A DNA stretch of 64,000 nt from Azolla caroliniana (lineage: Eukaryota > Plantae > Polypodiophyta), in the NCBI GenBank assembly GCA_043228905.1, contig JBHGNT010000013.1, forward strand, positions 1,364,001-1,428,000, read 5' to 3'. How positions within the stretch are numbered: position 1 is the first letter of the stretch; the number at the start of each line of letters is the position of its first letter. The position numbers and the translations under genes were made by a program. Shown one piece after another: positions 1-13,022 of the stretch. The notes below the pieces were generated by a model that saw nothing but the letters and a program-made list of their open reading frames with translations, was not told the origin of the DNA and searched no databases.

Positions 1-2303
1 ATAGTTCGATCACTGCCCTTTTTTCGTTAGGTGGCATTTCCTTCGCCACATTGACTTATCTAATGATTCCTGCACTTGCTAGAGTTCTCGGATTGCCTCC
101 CGATCCGGGTCATTGAATTCGTCCTCCCAGTGTGTAACATATGGCGTGACGGCATACGTGACATCTACTTCGAAAAGTGGTACGATCTTGGGATGTTCGT
201 CTAAGTATTGGTCGATTTCGTCATTCGTCAATCCATCCAGCATATTGATACTTTCAAGATATAGTGCTGCTAGTTGCTTGCTTGTATCGGCCCGTTCTTG
301 GGTTGGTACCTGGACCTTACTTTTCCCTCATTTCAAGGGTATCACATTCTTTTGCCAATTCTGCTTAATGTGTGTTGTTTTCAACCATCGTCTTCCCAAT
401 AATAGGGGGTATGCCCCAGACATGTTGAGCTGCAATACCACGGCGGAAATACGGAAAGCATGACCTCCGATCGTGATGTCCAGGTCTCGGATGAGTCCAG
501 TTGGCCGAACCGAATTGGTATCTACCATACGTAGCCAGAATGGACACATTTCCTATTTGATGATGCCCAGTGTTTCGCTATTTGTTCCTAGTACCTCACT
601 TACCTTGATGATGACCATTATTGCCGCACTACTCGTGTCAACCACTACCGGTCCTTCCTCCAGATTTGAGAAGAATGCCGGTGTGGGCTCTAGATTGTGT
701 GGTGACAACGCACTTTAACCCTTCCATAAATCAGGGAACCAATTGCAAAAGTCGGCCCAGTGGCAGCATAATCTGACATTGTTGCAAAGCCTACCAGACT
801 CGGTCGTCGTCTCTGCCTTGGATTGGTGCTTCTGGGAACTTGATCTGTTCTTTCACTTCGGCCACGTTCCATTCATTGGCCTTTTGTATCCACTCTGTAG
901 CTTGCTTTTGGATTGCCTCATGAGTTTCCCATTCAACAGCCTTTCTTTTTGATCGGGTGGTGACTTGTTGTACATCCATGACTTCGGCGGTCACCATGTT
1001 AACTACCGATTGTTTCTCTTTGGCTTTTCTCGGGCAATTGCTATTGTAATGGCCTTCCTATCGACAATAATAACAATATAGTTTCTGGTTACTGCTCGTT
1101 TCCCCTTTTTTTGCATTTCCCAACTGTATGTCGGAATTCATCTGATTGGTATCTTCTGGCCTCCATTGCTCTAGTTGTGCTAGAGACTGATTTGTATCCG
1201 GTCTCCGTCGATATTCCTGGATTGTCTCTCGACGCTAATATCGTCGAAAATTTCCTCTATGGTTATTTGGGCGTTGTTGGTTATTGTGGTATCCTCGTTT
1301 GTCCTGGTCCAGGTACGCTCTCCATTCCGAAAATCTTATTTCGTATCTTCGCCAGTCATAATCTGGAGAGTAATCCCTTTCGTATCGGCCCCATTCATAA
1401 TCTACTCGTCGTCTGTCATCATAGCAGTAACCGCGTTGTGGTCAGTATCGATTATCTTCCCTGAACTGATCCTCGTCTAGTCATCACACACACTAGGGCT
1501 CAATGTGTCAGACCGGTGCTGCTTGACGATTTAATAGATTGTACTCACACCGCTCCATGGTGTGTGATTGGGAGTGACACAACATGCATTGGGTCCGCAT
1601 TGTACATTCCAATGTGGAGTGGCCAGGATTGAGGCATGTTGTGCACAGTACTACCTGCCGAAATTGGAGGTCTTCTTCTCTAGGCAATGCTCGTTGTAGG
1701 GCCCCCATCACTATGTAATTACTATTCTAGGCCTTATCCATTTCCCGTACCCAATCGATTACTTCACCCATGGTGTTGGTCCTGAAGTCCAACATTGATA
1801 GCATTGTCTAGAGTGGTTCTCAGAGTGTAGCCAAAAAGACTACTTTTGGCTCATCCTCCGGAGGTGCCCTTGTAAGCTGAGTATTCAGTGTCTCGAATCA
1901 AATGATTAATTGTGGAATTATCTCGTTGGGTTCCGGATATACCGTATAAAATTGTTCGACGAGTTCCCTCTGCTCCATCGGTCAGGGAAAGAATAGCAGA
2001 AATTTATAGCAGGGCTTCAAATGTGGCGAAGCTACCCGGGAGATGCTTTGCATGCCATCTCGCCACCGGTTCCTCTAGGGTCATGCCAAATTCTGCAATT
2101 TTTTACCGCTCTACTTCTGCTTCCATCAATCATTGTGAAACATGGTTGGCTTCCCAAGTTTGCAAAAAGGCGTACACTTGTGCCTCCGCATCCGGTTCAT
2201 CTCTATATTTGGGGTACGTGTACGACATGTTGTTGTCGTCTACCGGCTGTTCCGGTGGTGGTGTCGGTACACGATCTTCCTTCTTCTCCGATTTTCGGTC
2301 AAG

Positions 2304-4310
2304 TGTCATGATGTTTTCGACACATAGTGTGAAACCACCCTCAAAAGAAAAGAAAATAGTGGTCCAACTAAACTAATTTTCTTAAGTCAACTATAGTAAT
2401 AAATGAAAGGATAAAAAGTTAGAAGAGTTCTTCGAAAGTAGACAAAAATGGAGAAAAAGATGGGAAAAGAAACGCTAGCCGTGGATATGAGGAGCAAGGT
2501 CGAGTAAAAAGCTCATAATGTCCTCGTCAAATGTCCAAATTAGAAACGAAAAGATGCATAAGAAAGCTAACCTAAAGAGCTTTCCAAGACAATCTTGCAT
2601 GTGAAATTTGAGGCTAGAAAATAGAAATAGTGAGGAAAAGAAAAGTCGACTCATATAGACCAGTTTTTTTTAAGGGGAAAACAATAGACAATCCTAAACC
2701 TATAAATAAGAGCTTATTCTAGAGAAGAAGGTGGGGAGGGATAAGGAACGCGGAAGCTCTTCTCAATTGGAAAGCGGAAGAAGAAGGATCAACAACATCA
2801 AGAGGCATCATCAACAAAGAAACTCCTTCTATACTCCACTCTCTTCCTTCCTCGAACTCTCTTCCCCCATTCCTTTATAAACAATCGTGCATATTCGCAT
2901 CCAACCCATTGTAACACGATTCTTATACTATAAAAGAATTTATTATACTGATAGAAACTAATATTTTCTTTCATCAACTTGTTTTATATGTAAATCTTGA
3001 TTGTGCTTATTTGTTATCATCATTTGTTCTTATTTGTTTGTGTGTCTTTTGAGAAAGGAGCATTTCGGGCTTGCCCATGCACCTCTCCTTTCACAAAGGC
3101 ATTCAAACCTACGTGTTTTATATGTTATCATCATTTGTGCTTATTTGTTTGTGTGTCTTGTGACAAGGGAGCGTTTCGGGCTTGCCCATGCACCTCTCCT
3201 TTCACAAAGGCATCCAAACCTACATGTCTTATATGTTATCGTCGTTTGTGCTTATTTGTTTGTGTGTCTTGTGACAAGGGAGCATTTCGGGCTTGCCCAT
3301 GCACCTCTCCTTTCACAAAGGCATTCAAACTTACATGTCTTGCGTGTTAGTATAAATATTTCTTGTGTGTTCATGCGACTTGTGGCAATGGAGTGTTCGG
3401 GCTTGCTCATGCACCTCTCCTTTCACAAAGGCGTTCAAAATCGTGTCTTGCGTGTTAGTGTAAATCTTCTTGTGTGTTCGTGCCCATGCACCTGTCCTTT
3501 CACAAAGGCATTCGAAATCGTGTCTTGCGTGTTAATGTAAATCTTGTTTGTGTGTTCGTGTGACTTATGGCAAGGGAGCGTTCGGGCTTGCCCATGCACC
3601 TCTTCTTTCATAAAGGCATTTGAAATTGTGTCTCCCATGTGTAAACCCTGCTTGTCTATTTGTGAGACTTGTGGCAAGGGAGCGTTTGGGCTTGCCCATG
3701 CACCTCTCCTTTCACAAAGGCGTTCGAAATTGTGTCTCCCGTGTGTAAACCCTGCTTGTGTGTTTGCGTGTCTTGTAACAAGGTAGCGTTCGGGCTTGCC
3801 CATGCACCTCTCTTTTCAAAAAAGCATTCGAAACTCCGTCTCTTGTGTGTGTAAGTAAACCTTGCTTGTGTGTTTGTGCGACTTGTGGCAAGGGAGCGTT
3901 CGGGCTTACCCATGCACCTCTCCATTCACAAAGGCATTCGAAATTGTGTCTCCCGTGTGTAAACCTTGCTTGTGTGTTTGCGTGTCTTGTAACAAGGGAG
4001 CGTTCGGGCTTTGCCCATGCACCTCTCTTTTCACAAAGGCATTCAAAAAGTCTGTCTCTCGTGTGTTTAAGTAATTCTTTCCCTTGTGTGTTTGTGTGTA
4101 AGCCTTCTTCATGTTCATTTGTCTGCCTTGTGACTAGGGGTTGATTCAGGCTTGCTCATGCATCTCTCCTTTTCACAAACACGTTCGAATAATCGTGCCT
4201 TGTCTGTGTAAGCCTTCCTTGTGTTGTGCGTGTGAGCCATATTTCTTTCCTGTCCATAACCCCGGCGGTTCCACCTCACGATCCGCACATAGTGAAAGAT
4301 TTTCACGACA
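2304..4310 (+). mobile_element. Solo LTR (~2 kb) of the E1-related tRNA-Trp gypsy family, inserted in gag of element A
   Basis: Start TGTCATGATGTTTTCG resembles the E1 LTR start at 13023 (TGTCGTGAAGATTTTCG). End CCTGTCC..CCCCGGCGGTTCCACCTCACGATCCGCACATAGTGAAAGATTTTCACGACA resembles 44889-44950. It splits a PTPPP-repeat gag segment. TSD is not intact (left CAAG, right CCGG). Confidence 0.75.
2997..4210. repeat. Tandem array, ~11 units of ~105-111 bp, inside the solo LTR
   Basis: Core GGGAGCGTTCGGGCTTGCCCATGCACCTCTCCTTTCACAAAGGCATTC recurs near 3057, 3168, 3279, 3390, 3480 (partial), 3573, 3678, 3782, 3892, 3995 and 4138. Confidence 0.9.
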
Positions 4311-5218
4311 CCGGTGGCGGTGTCGGTACGTGATCGTCCGTCTTGTCCGATTGTCGTTCCAGATTCTCCTCGTGTGCCAGTGGTGTCGGTATCATAGTTT
4401 TCGACTCCGGTGTCAGTGTGTGCTTAGATCCATCTTTCTCTTGTTCGTTCGTAGTATCTTGACTAGATTGGTAGTTGGAGTGGACGTTGTGTTCGCTGTC
4501 TGACTCCGACTTGAATGCTAAAAATGCTTCCGTATCCCCGATGCTTGTGGCTAGGGTTTTTAGTATCGACTCTATGTCGCGGAGACTGCTCAAGTTGTTG
4601 CCTTCGTCTGAATGTCGTTGAGTTTGTAACCGGACTATCTCCTCCACAACCCGCCGAATCTCTCTAGGACAGGACCGATCCTTTCGAATCTCCTTGATCG
4701 CCTGATAGTAGGCCACCCGCCTCCACAGTCTCTCAACTAGTCTTCTTGCTCGTTCGGCAACTGGGTTGTTCGCCAGTCTCGTCATCCATTTCTCATCGTT
4801 CACTGCACTTTGCAGGAATCGTGGTCGCCAAAATTGTGTTTACTCTGGGCTGGACTTAGCCTCAAACACACAAAGTGTCCATTCTGGAACACTTCCACAA
4901 AGGGTGGTTAAGGGATGGATGTTATCCAGCTATCCGATTCCGATCCGACTAACTTCAGTTACTTCTGGATAGTTAAGGCAACATATTAGTCAATTGAAGC
5001 ATAGAACGACAAGTACACAGAGACACAATAGAATCAAAACAGAACACTAATATCATATTACTTCCGTTAAACCAATTACATCGATTCCGAACCCTTTTAT
5101 AAGCATCCGGTAGGAAATACAAAACGGTGCCTTACCAGCTACTGACACTATTAATCAGTGTGGATCTGGATCGGTACAACTATCCGATTGTCAAAGTTAA
5201 TATGCGGAAGCTTTGACA

Positions 5219-8200
5219 AACCGGTTTATCCAGATAGCAATAGAAAATAGAGACAAGGTTTCATGGACGCTTGATCACAGAGACAGAGAGCAGGAGAGAC
5301 AGAGAGAGCATAGTTATAGTAAAAAACTAAATTTCAAAATAATAACACTCTGTACATACAATGTGCTCAGTGAGAACTTTTATACAAGTCCTTAAAAGGA
5401 TGACAAAAGTACTGACAAGTACTTCAATGATCATACGAGCGACTGACACTGACTCCAAAAAATACGCCTACGTACTAGGGTAGATTCGTAGACCTCTAAC
5501 GGCCTACCGGTTACAATCCGGTCCATCTCTCTGATCCGGATCTAGTTCAGCTTGTCAGTGTCAGTGGTCGCCGATGCTTTCCTTTGGCTCCACCTAGCGT
5601 CCTTCTGCCAGGCTCGCGCCCCTCATCCGGTCTGGTTCTACTTTCCTCAACCCATCCGATTTTGCGCTCCTGAACCTTCTTCGTCGGCTTGTCTACTCAT
5701 AAGGCCCTTCTTAGCTCTTTTGTTGTTGCGACTTTGGTGCTTCTTGACATGTCCGTACCTCCATGTCGATGCCAACTTCCGTTGCCTCCTCGTCCATTTG
5801 ACCTTCTGTTGATTCAGTGCCTCCAAATCGAACTCCTCTTCGGAATCGGTTGCCTCGGATTCGTTCCAACACTTGTCCGAATTGGTTGTCTCCAATTTTT
5901 CTTCAACCTTCTGGCCCTTCACCACATCAGACCACATCTAGGTCTTGGCCTTCTTGTTCTAATCGGCTCTGTCCTTCTTGACTCTACCTCCACCATCGCT
6001 TCCTCCAACTTTATCGGATGTGCCGACTTCTTCGATCGACTCGACTTCCTTTTTCCTTTGGTCTCCCCTTGCTTCGGTTGTTTCCTTCTCTTCGGCTGCT
6101 TGTCCGGTACCTTTACTTGTTTTCCCGGTTTCCTCCTCCTTTCTCCCCCTCAAGTGCGGCATGTCGAGATGCTAAAGACCAAGCATCTCCGAAAAATGTT
6201 GCACCTTGTCCAGGCCGAGAGGTTTGGTGTCGGTAACCTGCCAATCCGTCCAGACATACAAGAGTTCTACTTCATCACTAAGGACCCGCTCGCGCACAAA
6301 GTGATAATGTACTTCTATGTGCTTCGTCCGAACTTGGAACACAGGGTTCTTGGCTAGCTGCATGTTGCTGATGTTGTCGCAGTACCTCGGGATCAGAGTC
6401 GGGAGTTTGATCTAGAGGTCTTGTAGTAGCGTTCGATCTAGGGATGTAGAGACTGGTCGCCAATCTGTCATGCCGAATTTGTACAACATATTCAGTACAT
6501 AATGTCGTAGTGACAACAATATGCTGTCGGGGGTATGGATCACTTCGATCCTGAGGAAGTAATGAAGGTCCCCCAGGTCCTTCATTTCAAATGCATACGA
6601 CAGTTGGGACTTCACTCGGGCGATTTCAACATGTCTTGGTCGGGTGATGACTAGATCAAATTCTACATATAAGAAGATACATACCAGACCGTACGGACCT
6701 TTCTAGATGAACAATGAAAATTTCGACATCGAGGCCGCAAACCCTATCTTACGCAACTAGTGTGTGATCTTCGAATTCCAAGCACAGGGGGCTTTCTTCA
6801 GGCCATAAAGGGACCTTTTGAGTCGACACACTGCCGACTTGTTCATCTCTGATTGAAAACCGGGGGGTTAGATCATGTAGAACTATTCTTCAAGATCACC
6901 TTGAAGTAACGCATTCTTCACGTCCATTTGGTGAAGATGCCACACCCTTGCCGTAGAAACCGCGAGCACCACATAAGCTATCATCATCTTCGCTACTGGA
7001 GCGAAGGTCTCATTGTAGTTGATTCCGTGGGTCTACATATACACTTTGGTGACCAACCGGGCGTTGTACCAGTTGACCCAGCCGCCAAAATTATACTTTA
7101 CCTTGTACACCCACTTGCAACCGATTGGTTTGCAATGTCGGGGAGGGTCAACCAGGTCCCATGTGTCGTTGGCATCAAGTGGCCACATCTCTTCCTCCAT
7201 GGCACGCCATTGTGCGTCTTTTGCCGCTTCTGCATAGCACTACGACCCACGCACTTCCACCATTTTTGTCATGTATGCATAGTGATGCGCCATGTAGTCA
7301 TTGTAACCATTCCATTTCACAGGGTTCTTCTGGTAGGTTGATCGGCACAATTTTTGCTCTACCGATTTGATGGCCCTCTTGGTTGGCTCAAACTTTGTCT
7401 GCGAGGGTCCATCTCCGGATTCAGATTTGCTCTGATCCGACCCTTCTCTTCTGGTGTTGTACTCCGACATCTTCTTCTTTTAATTTTCGTTGTGCGTGAA
7501 TCGTCTCCTTGGTTCCTTGCGCGGGGAGAGCACAGTCGAGTCACCACTACTTGTTGGCTCTTCATCTGACTGGTCATTCCGACTCAGTCACTCATTCGGC
7601 CCACTTAGCCGGAATGAGATTGGACTCTCGTCTAGAGTACCGAGTCCTCCATATTCTGCCCAAAGTTTTTGGGCTCACTAGCCTCATCTTCCGGAATCGG
7701 GTCGGAATCGGTAGAGAGTACTAGGGTGTCGACTCCTCAAATTCGACATCTCGACTTACTTGTAGTTGCTTGGTCGGGGGGTTGTAGCACTTATAACCCT
7801 TCTGCTCATGTGAGTAACCGACCAAGATGCACTTCTCTGACTTAGGGACCAACTTTCTCCATTTCTCATCCGGCACATGCACATACGCTATGCTACCAAA
7901 TATCGTAAGGTGCCTTAAATTCAGGTTCTGCCCAAAATACAACTCTTCGAATTCCTCTATGTTGCAAATAACTATTTAATTGGCCGGAAAAATATTCTTT
8001 TCCTCCATCTGACTGCATGTAGTTGATCTTCCTTTTCGTTTCCCATTCGACTAAAATGTGCAAGTTCTAGAAACAATCAAAAACTTCGCTTTTCTTCTCA
8101 ATAAGGTAGATCCACGTGTGCCGACTGTAGTCGTTGATGAAGGAGACGAAATATCAGCTCCCGCCAAGACTAACGTTCTGTGCCGGTCCCCACACATCCG

Positions 8201-8903
8201 AATGTATTAGATCGATCTTGTTACAGCTCTGGTTTCTTGCGATGGGGAACGGAAGCCGGTGTTGCTTCCCAAGCTGGCAAGTTTCACATATTTGGGCCTT
8301 CCAACCATTGAATTTCGGCAATCTGAAAACAACCTGTTTCAATTGCAAGTCTTGAAGCCTCTAATAGTTGGTGTGGCCGATCCGCTTGTGCCACATGTTG
8401 ATATCTGATTCGACCTTCCGTCCTTTTCGAACATAGCAGAGTTGATGACATTAGTGTTGAGGATAAGCATCCTCGCGTCACGACGTCCTTGTGCAATTAT
8501 CCAACCTTCTTCCTTGATCAAGCACCTGAGGTGCGTAAACCGCACCTCCATCCCCTGGTTGACAATCTGACCGACCGACACTAGGTTCTTTGTGATTGTC
8601 GAGATGTGAAACACGTTCACAACCTTTGATTTTTGTCCGACATGACTGAGGGGAACTTCTCCGACATGCATGATCGGGTGAGGAGTGTCGTCTCCGGTTT
8701 CGACAACTCCCGGTTGCTCCGGTTTTTCCAGATCTGAGAACCACTCTTTGTGGCTCGTCATGTGGTTAGATTCTCTGGAATCAACGTACCACACTTCCTC
8801 CGATCCGGAAGTGGTCTTCTTCATCGAGTTCGCCTTGTGTTTCATCACAGAGGCTCGCTCTTTTCCGGTCTTACTGGTTCCGGATCCTTCCGATCCTTCT
8901 ACA
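5219..8903 (-). mobile_element. Degenerate Ty1/copia element (protease, GAG-pre-integrase, partial integrase, RT, partial RNase H, 3' region/LTR remnant)
   Basis: WYVDS protease motif (8339-8848 ORF); CETCQLGKQ..HSDVWGP integrase start; RT fragments (MKDLGDLHYFL); RNase H end NPVFQVRTKHIEVHYHFVRE. Many stops and frameshifts, with internal deletions near 7945 and 6420. Cut at 8904 by the Tcn1-like LTR. Confidence 0.88.
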
Positions 8904-10260
8904 TGTCATAGACAGGATGCCACATGGAATGGTGGGGGTTGAAGCCATGACCTTTTGGTCTTCTTGGGAAACCTTACCAATTGAGCTACATCCATCTATG
9001 CATTATTGTATTGTGTAAGACTCAACTTATTTCATTATAGATTGATGACTAGAACTTTCAAGAACCTTCTAGAGAATGCATCTTCATGCACTCTCTAGAA
9101 GTTTCCATGAACTCTCAACAAGTCATCTAGCTTTCATGCATACCTCCACATTCTTGTACAAATACTAGCGTTCACCTTGATTACAATCAAGGTGAACAAC
9201 ACCAATTATGAAAGCATATACAATTCTTGTTTATTTGTCTATCCTCTCTCTTTCTTGTTCTCTTGTCTATGCTCTCTCTTCCGCTATCTCTTAATATTGA
9301 TCCTCGTCTACTTGTCCTTGACAATCTTTTGATCTTGCTTATGCTCTCGCTCTCTCTTAGTAGTACTTAGCCTCATTCCACCCATTTGTGACAGTTTGTT
9401 CACCTTCCCATTTTCTAAGCCTCAACATGTCGGATCTTACCGAGAGAATAAATTAGCTCATGAAAGCCATGCATCAACTTCAACTTGAGAATGACAACCT
9501 TTGGGAATCGTTATGGAAGCTTCAAGTTGGAACACCAATGGAACTCGAGGGAAAAAACAACTCTCCTCCTACATCAACAAATGTTCTACCTATAGAGCTT
9601 GGTTCCTCGTCTATGCTTTCTCCGACTCCTTCCCATCGCACTATAACTTTGGAGCCCAATATTAGTTTACCTGACAAGTTCAATGGCACGAGGAAGCACT
9701 TCTGAGGGTTCTTAAATCAGATCAAGTTTATTATCCAACTACAACCTCAATGGTATGTGGATGATTTTCGTCAAGTTGGTCTCATTGGGACCCTTTTGTT
9801 CGGAGCTCCACAAGCTTGGTTTGCACCATTGGTCGAAACTTCATCACCACTTCTACAAAATTTTCCTGCCTTTCTAGCAGAGTTTGAGTCAACATTTGGG
9901 GATACGAACCGACGTCGAACTGCCATCACCAAACTCTATTCATTACATCCAGGTATGCATCTGGTATCCGTTTATGCCTCTGAATTTAGACAATTAGCAT
10001 GTGATGTTCAGTGGGATGGCCAAGATCTCTGTGACCATTTTCATCGAGGCCTTCGAGCGAGATTAAAACTTTACTAAACTTTCCAGAGCCTACGTCATTG
10101 TCGCAAGCCATCACACAAGCAGTTAGTTATGACAATCAGTTGTTTGAGCTTCGTCAAGAGGAACGAGCGACTTCAAGGTGGAAACCCTCTTTGAGATCTT
10201 CTCCATCTTCATCGTACGATGACCCCATACCGATGGAAATTGATCGAGCTCACGCCCCAT
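8904..10260 (+). mobile_element. Tcn1-like chromovirus A: 5' LTR (8904-9393) and gag pseudogene (~9427-10260), interrupted by element B
   Basis: TGTCA...TGACA LTR followed by GTTTGTTCACCTT with no tRNA PBS. Gag peptides (EPNISLPDKFNGTR, AWFAPLVETSSPLL, PIPMEID) are homologous to gag at 16644-17558. Confidence 0.85.
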
Positions 10261-13022
10261 TGTTATCTCTTCCTTGGGATAGACACTTTCGATTAACCCT
10301 GGGGCTATCGGTATCAAGGGTCGTGGTACGTGAAGACTACTTCTCAACAAAGATTGAGTTAGGAAATGGGATGGGGAAAAAAGATTATACTAGCCACAAC
10401 CAGTTACTGTTTACCATGCGTGTAGCTTAAACATATGATTACGAAAAGATCACTGAATAAGAAGAACAGCAAGGGGTATATATTAAATCAAGCTTCCTTT
10501 TGGTTAGAGTACACAGCCTTGGGCTAGGATAAAGCTATGTAGTGTTGAGGACTCGTCAGCTATAATTTCCCTAACAGTATCTATATATTGCCCCCTGCCG
10601 AGGTACACAGGTCCTGGTTTGTATAGCCTCTTACTACTTAGGGCTGAGACCTTGGCTGATTGTAAGGCTGAAACCTCGGTTGCGTTCTGTTTACCAATTT
10701 CCTTACTTACTTTCCTACCTACCGATGGTTTTTTATTTCCTAATTTACTTTTCTAGCCCGTGGACAACACCTGGCATGCCCATGGGACAAGGCCTTGCCC
10801 GTCGAACCCACAAATACAAATGGTAGGATACAACATTACTTGTGCCAGAAGTTACAAAAATGCCCTTTATACAAGTAGGGCTATTAGTACTTTTCATCTT
10901 CTTCTAGTATGCCGATGATATCCTCGGGGGCATGTGGTTGTTCGTTTTGATCTAAAGGGGGAACTTCAGATGTGGCCACGTTTGTCGAGTCTGGAACTAG
11001 TGGCGGGGGTAGAGTTGGTGAAAGGGGGTTTTCTGCCGAGTGTAGTGTAGCCGCGGCTTCTCGTTGAGTATCGCCTATTGGGTCTGGTTTGGGCAGGGTT
11101 GTATTCTTGGTTTGTCATTCTAGTGTGGTGTTGGTGTTTACAGGGGCGGATTCCTCCTGTCGTGCTTCAGAGGTATTTGTTGTGGCCGGCGCTGGTTCTG
11201 TTTCGTCCGTTGTGGGAATGTTGTTGGCCGTGGAGGTTTGATTTTTTGGTGGCTAAGCTGTTTTCTTCATAAGCCTCGGTCTCTATGCGAAACAACATCT
11301 GATCATCGTTAAAGTCTTCGAGGAGTTGTTCGATTGCTGCGGTGTGAGACTTTGCTAAGGCATGGAAGTCCTTGGTCAAGTCTTCACGGAGGAGTTGGAT
11401 GTTGTTCTCATCCATCTTATAAAATCCTCGGCCCTCATTCTGTCGGTTCTCAGCATCCACACACAATACTTGTAGCTCAGCGGCTTGGGTCGACCACTCC
11501 TGCCATGCATGAGCTAGGGTTTCCTCGATCTTATTGTTAAACTGTTGTGGATGCTTGGCGACCAGTGCCTTGATTCTGGTTTCGGCCATACCAATCTGAG
11601 CACGAAAGACTTCCAATTCTTCCCTTGCTGCCTGGGTTGCTTGTTGGCGTTGGCAAACGATGTGTTCGCAAGTGGATTGGAGGTTGGCTACCTTTGCTGT
11701 TAAGATTTCGAGTTCTCGCTTGAGGGCAGTTTCACGTTCTGCGGCTTGTTCCTGCACCTCACCGAGTTGGGCGATGGCTTCGTTGTGACATTTCTTTGCC
11801 TCTTTGGTGATAGTGACTTGGGCCTCGAGTTCTTCCTCGTAGTTTCATGAGGGTGGTTCCGTTTGAGTAGAAGCCTACACGGTCTGGGGACGGGATGCCC
11901 TGTCCGTCTGTGTAGATTTCTTGGTAGTCGTGATGACAGGAAGATGTACTGAGTCGGTCATCATGGATGCGTCGAAAGTGGTCACCACGGGGTGGGTCGT
12001 GTCGCTTGTTTGTGTTCCGGTTTCAACAGCACGCGATAACGGGTTTTGTAGAGGGGGTGATTGGGAGTTGCTGCTAGGGGATGGGAGGCCTAAGGGTTGA
12101 GAATCATGAAGTTGCTTCTCCAACACTGCGATTCCTTGCTCAAAAGCCTACCACAACTCGGTGGCTCGTTCTGCTTGCTTCTGGGCCGTTTTCCTGCACC
12201 ATGCCATTTGTTTGGCCGTGCGAGTTATGTGGTCCAAATCCCGATACGCCTTTACCAGGGCCGTGTCTAAATCTAGTAGTTCCATGAGTACAGTAGGGCT
12301 CTTTGCTTGCTTCTTCCGGCCGATTTTTTGCAGAGCTTGATCCTCATGAGGTTCGAGTTCTCCCATGAGGGCGCGTTGAATCATCTTAGTCTGCGCATGC
12401 TCCTCGACCATACGTGTTGCTGCAACTACTTGGGCGTGCGCGAGGAAGTCCATCAATTTGTATGTGGTGCCACGCCGAAGTAAAGCACTGAACTTGTATT
12501 CCTCCATGGGGAGGTCCTTGAAACCCAATACTTCATCTTCCAATATTTGGGTGGTTTGCCCATGCTCGATTTGGCCGGTGAGGGACGAGGTCCCTACTTG
12601 GGTGGTGGCCGTGGAGACTACGGGAGTCAGTCGTGCTTCCTTTGATTGAATCTATTGGTTACCCTCGGGGGTTTCTGTCATGTCGTGATTTAGGCATCTT
12701 TTCTTCTTGGGGGGGTCCTGTGACCCTGGTACGTTTTGCGTCACGACATTGGCCTGGTTTGTCCGTGGTGTTTGTACTCCCAAGGGCTACTGCTTGGTTG
12801 AGCGTGGGCTCTACCGTGGTGAGGCCTTCAACACCCTTGGTGGCTTTTGCCGTATGGTGACATCCTCGGTGGTCGGCTCAGGGGTATCGTCCCATTCGAG
12901 ACGGTTTAAGGTCAAGGCCCTTTGTCATTGCATTTTTTGGTGGTGGTGTCGGAGATGTGGGGCACACCGAAGGGAAGTCATGGGGGGTGGGTATACCATC
13001 GTCAGGTATTGTGCCAACATAG
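10261..13022 (-). mobile_element. Non-chromoviral gypsy element B, 3' end: 3' LTR (10261-10769) and degenerate extra 3' ORF (~10907-13022)
   Basis: LTR TGTTA...GGACAACA followed by CCTGGCATG, the same junction as the gypsy C 3' LTR (45767 CCTGGCACG). ORF pieces are coiled-coil-like. TIPDDGIPTP is similar to TVPDGVVPTP in gypsy C (52209-52391). Confidence 0.7.

Larger units (their letters stand above)
1..5218 (-). mobile_element. Non-chromoviral Ty3/gypsy element A, 5' part (LTR, PBS, degenerate gag-protease); continues left of window
   Basis: LTR inner end TG at 4835 preceded by GTGGTCGCCA (4821-4830; PBS-like TGGCGACCAC on the minus strand). Gag pieces at 4311-4803 and ~1000-2303 include CxxC-x4-H-x4-C knuckles (1508-1711). 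The protease-region peptide CPFWLRMVDTNSVRPTGLI..GAYPLLLGRRWL is homologous to 59568-60383. Outer LTR boundary (~5190-5218) is uncertain. Confidence 0.8.

Noticed and set aside
2997-4144. Cys-rich ORFs (e.g. 3001-3540, 2997-3350)
   Set aside because: Translations of the tandem repeat in several frames; no domain signal.
8924-8996. Functional tRNA genes here and at 16181-16250 and 49860-49935
   Set aside because: No well-formed anticodon arm and poor stems; reported as tRNA-like modules only.
11167-12543. Envelope gene
   Set aside because: Coiled-coil-like and hydrophilic; no signal peptide or transmembrane helix is visible in the fragments.
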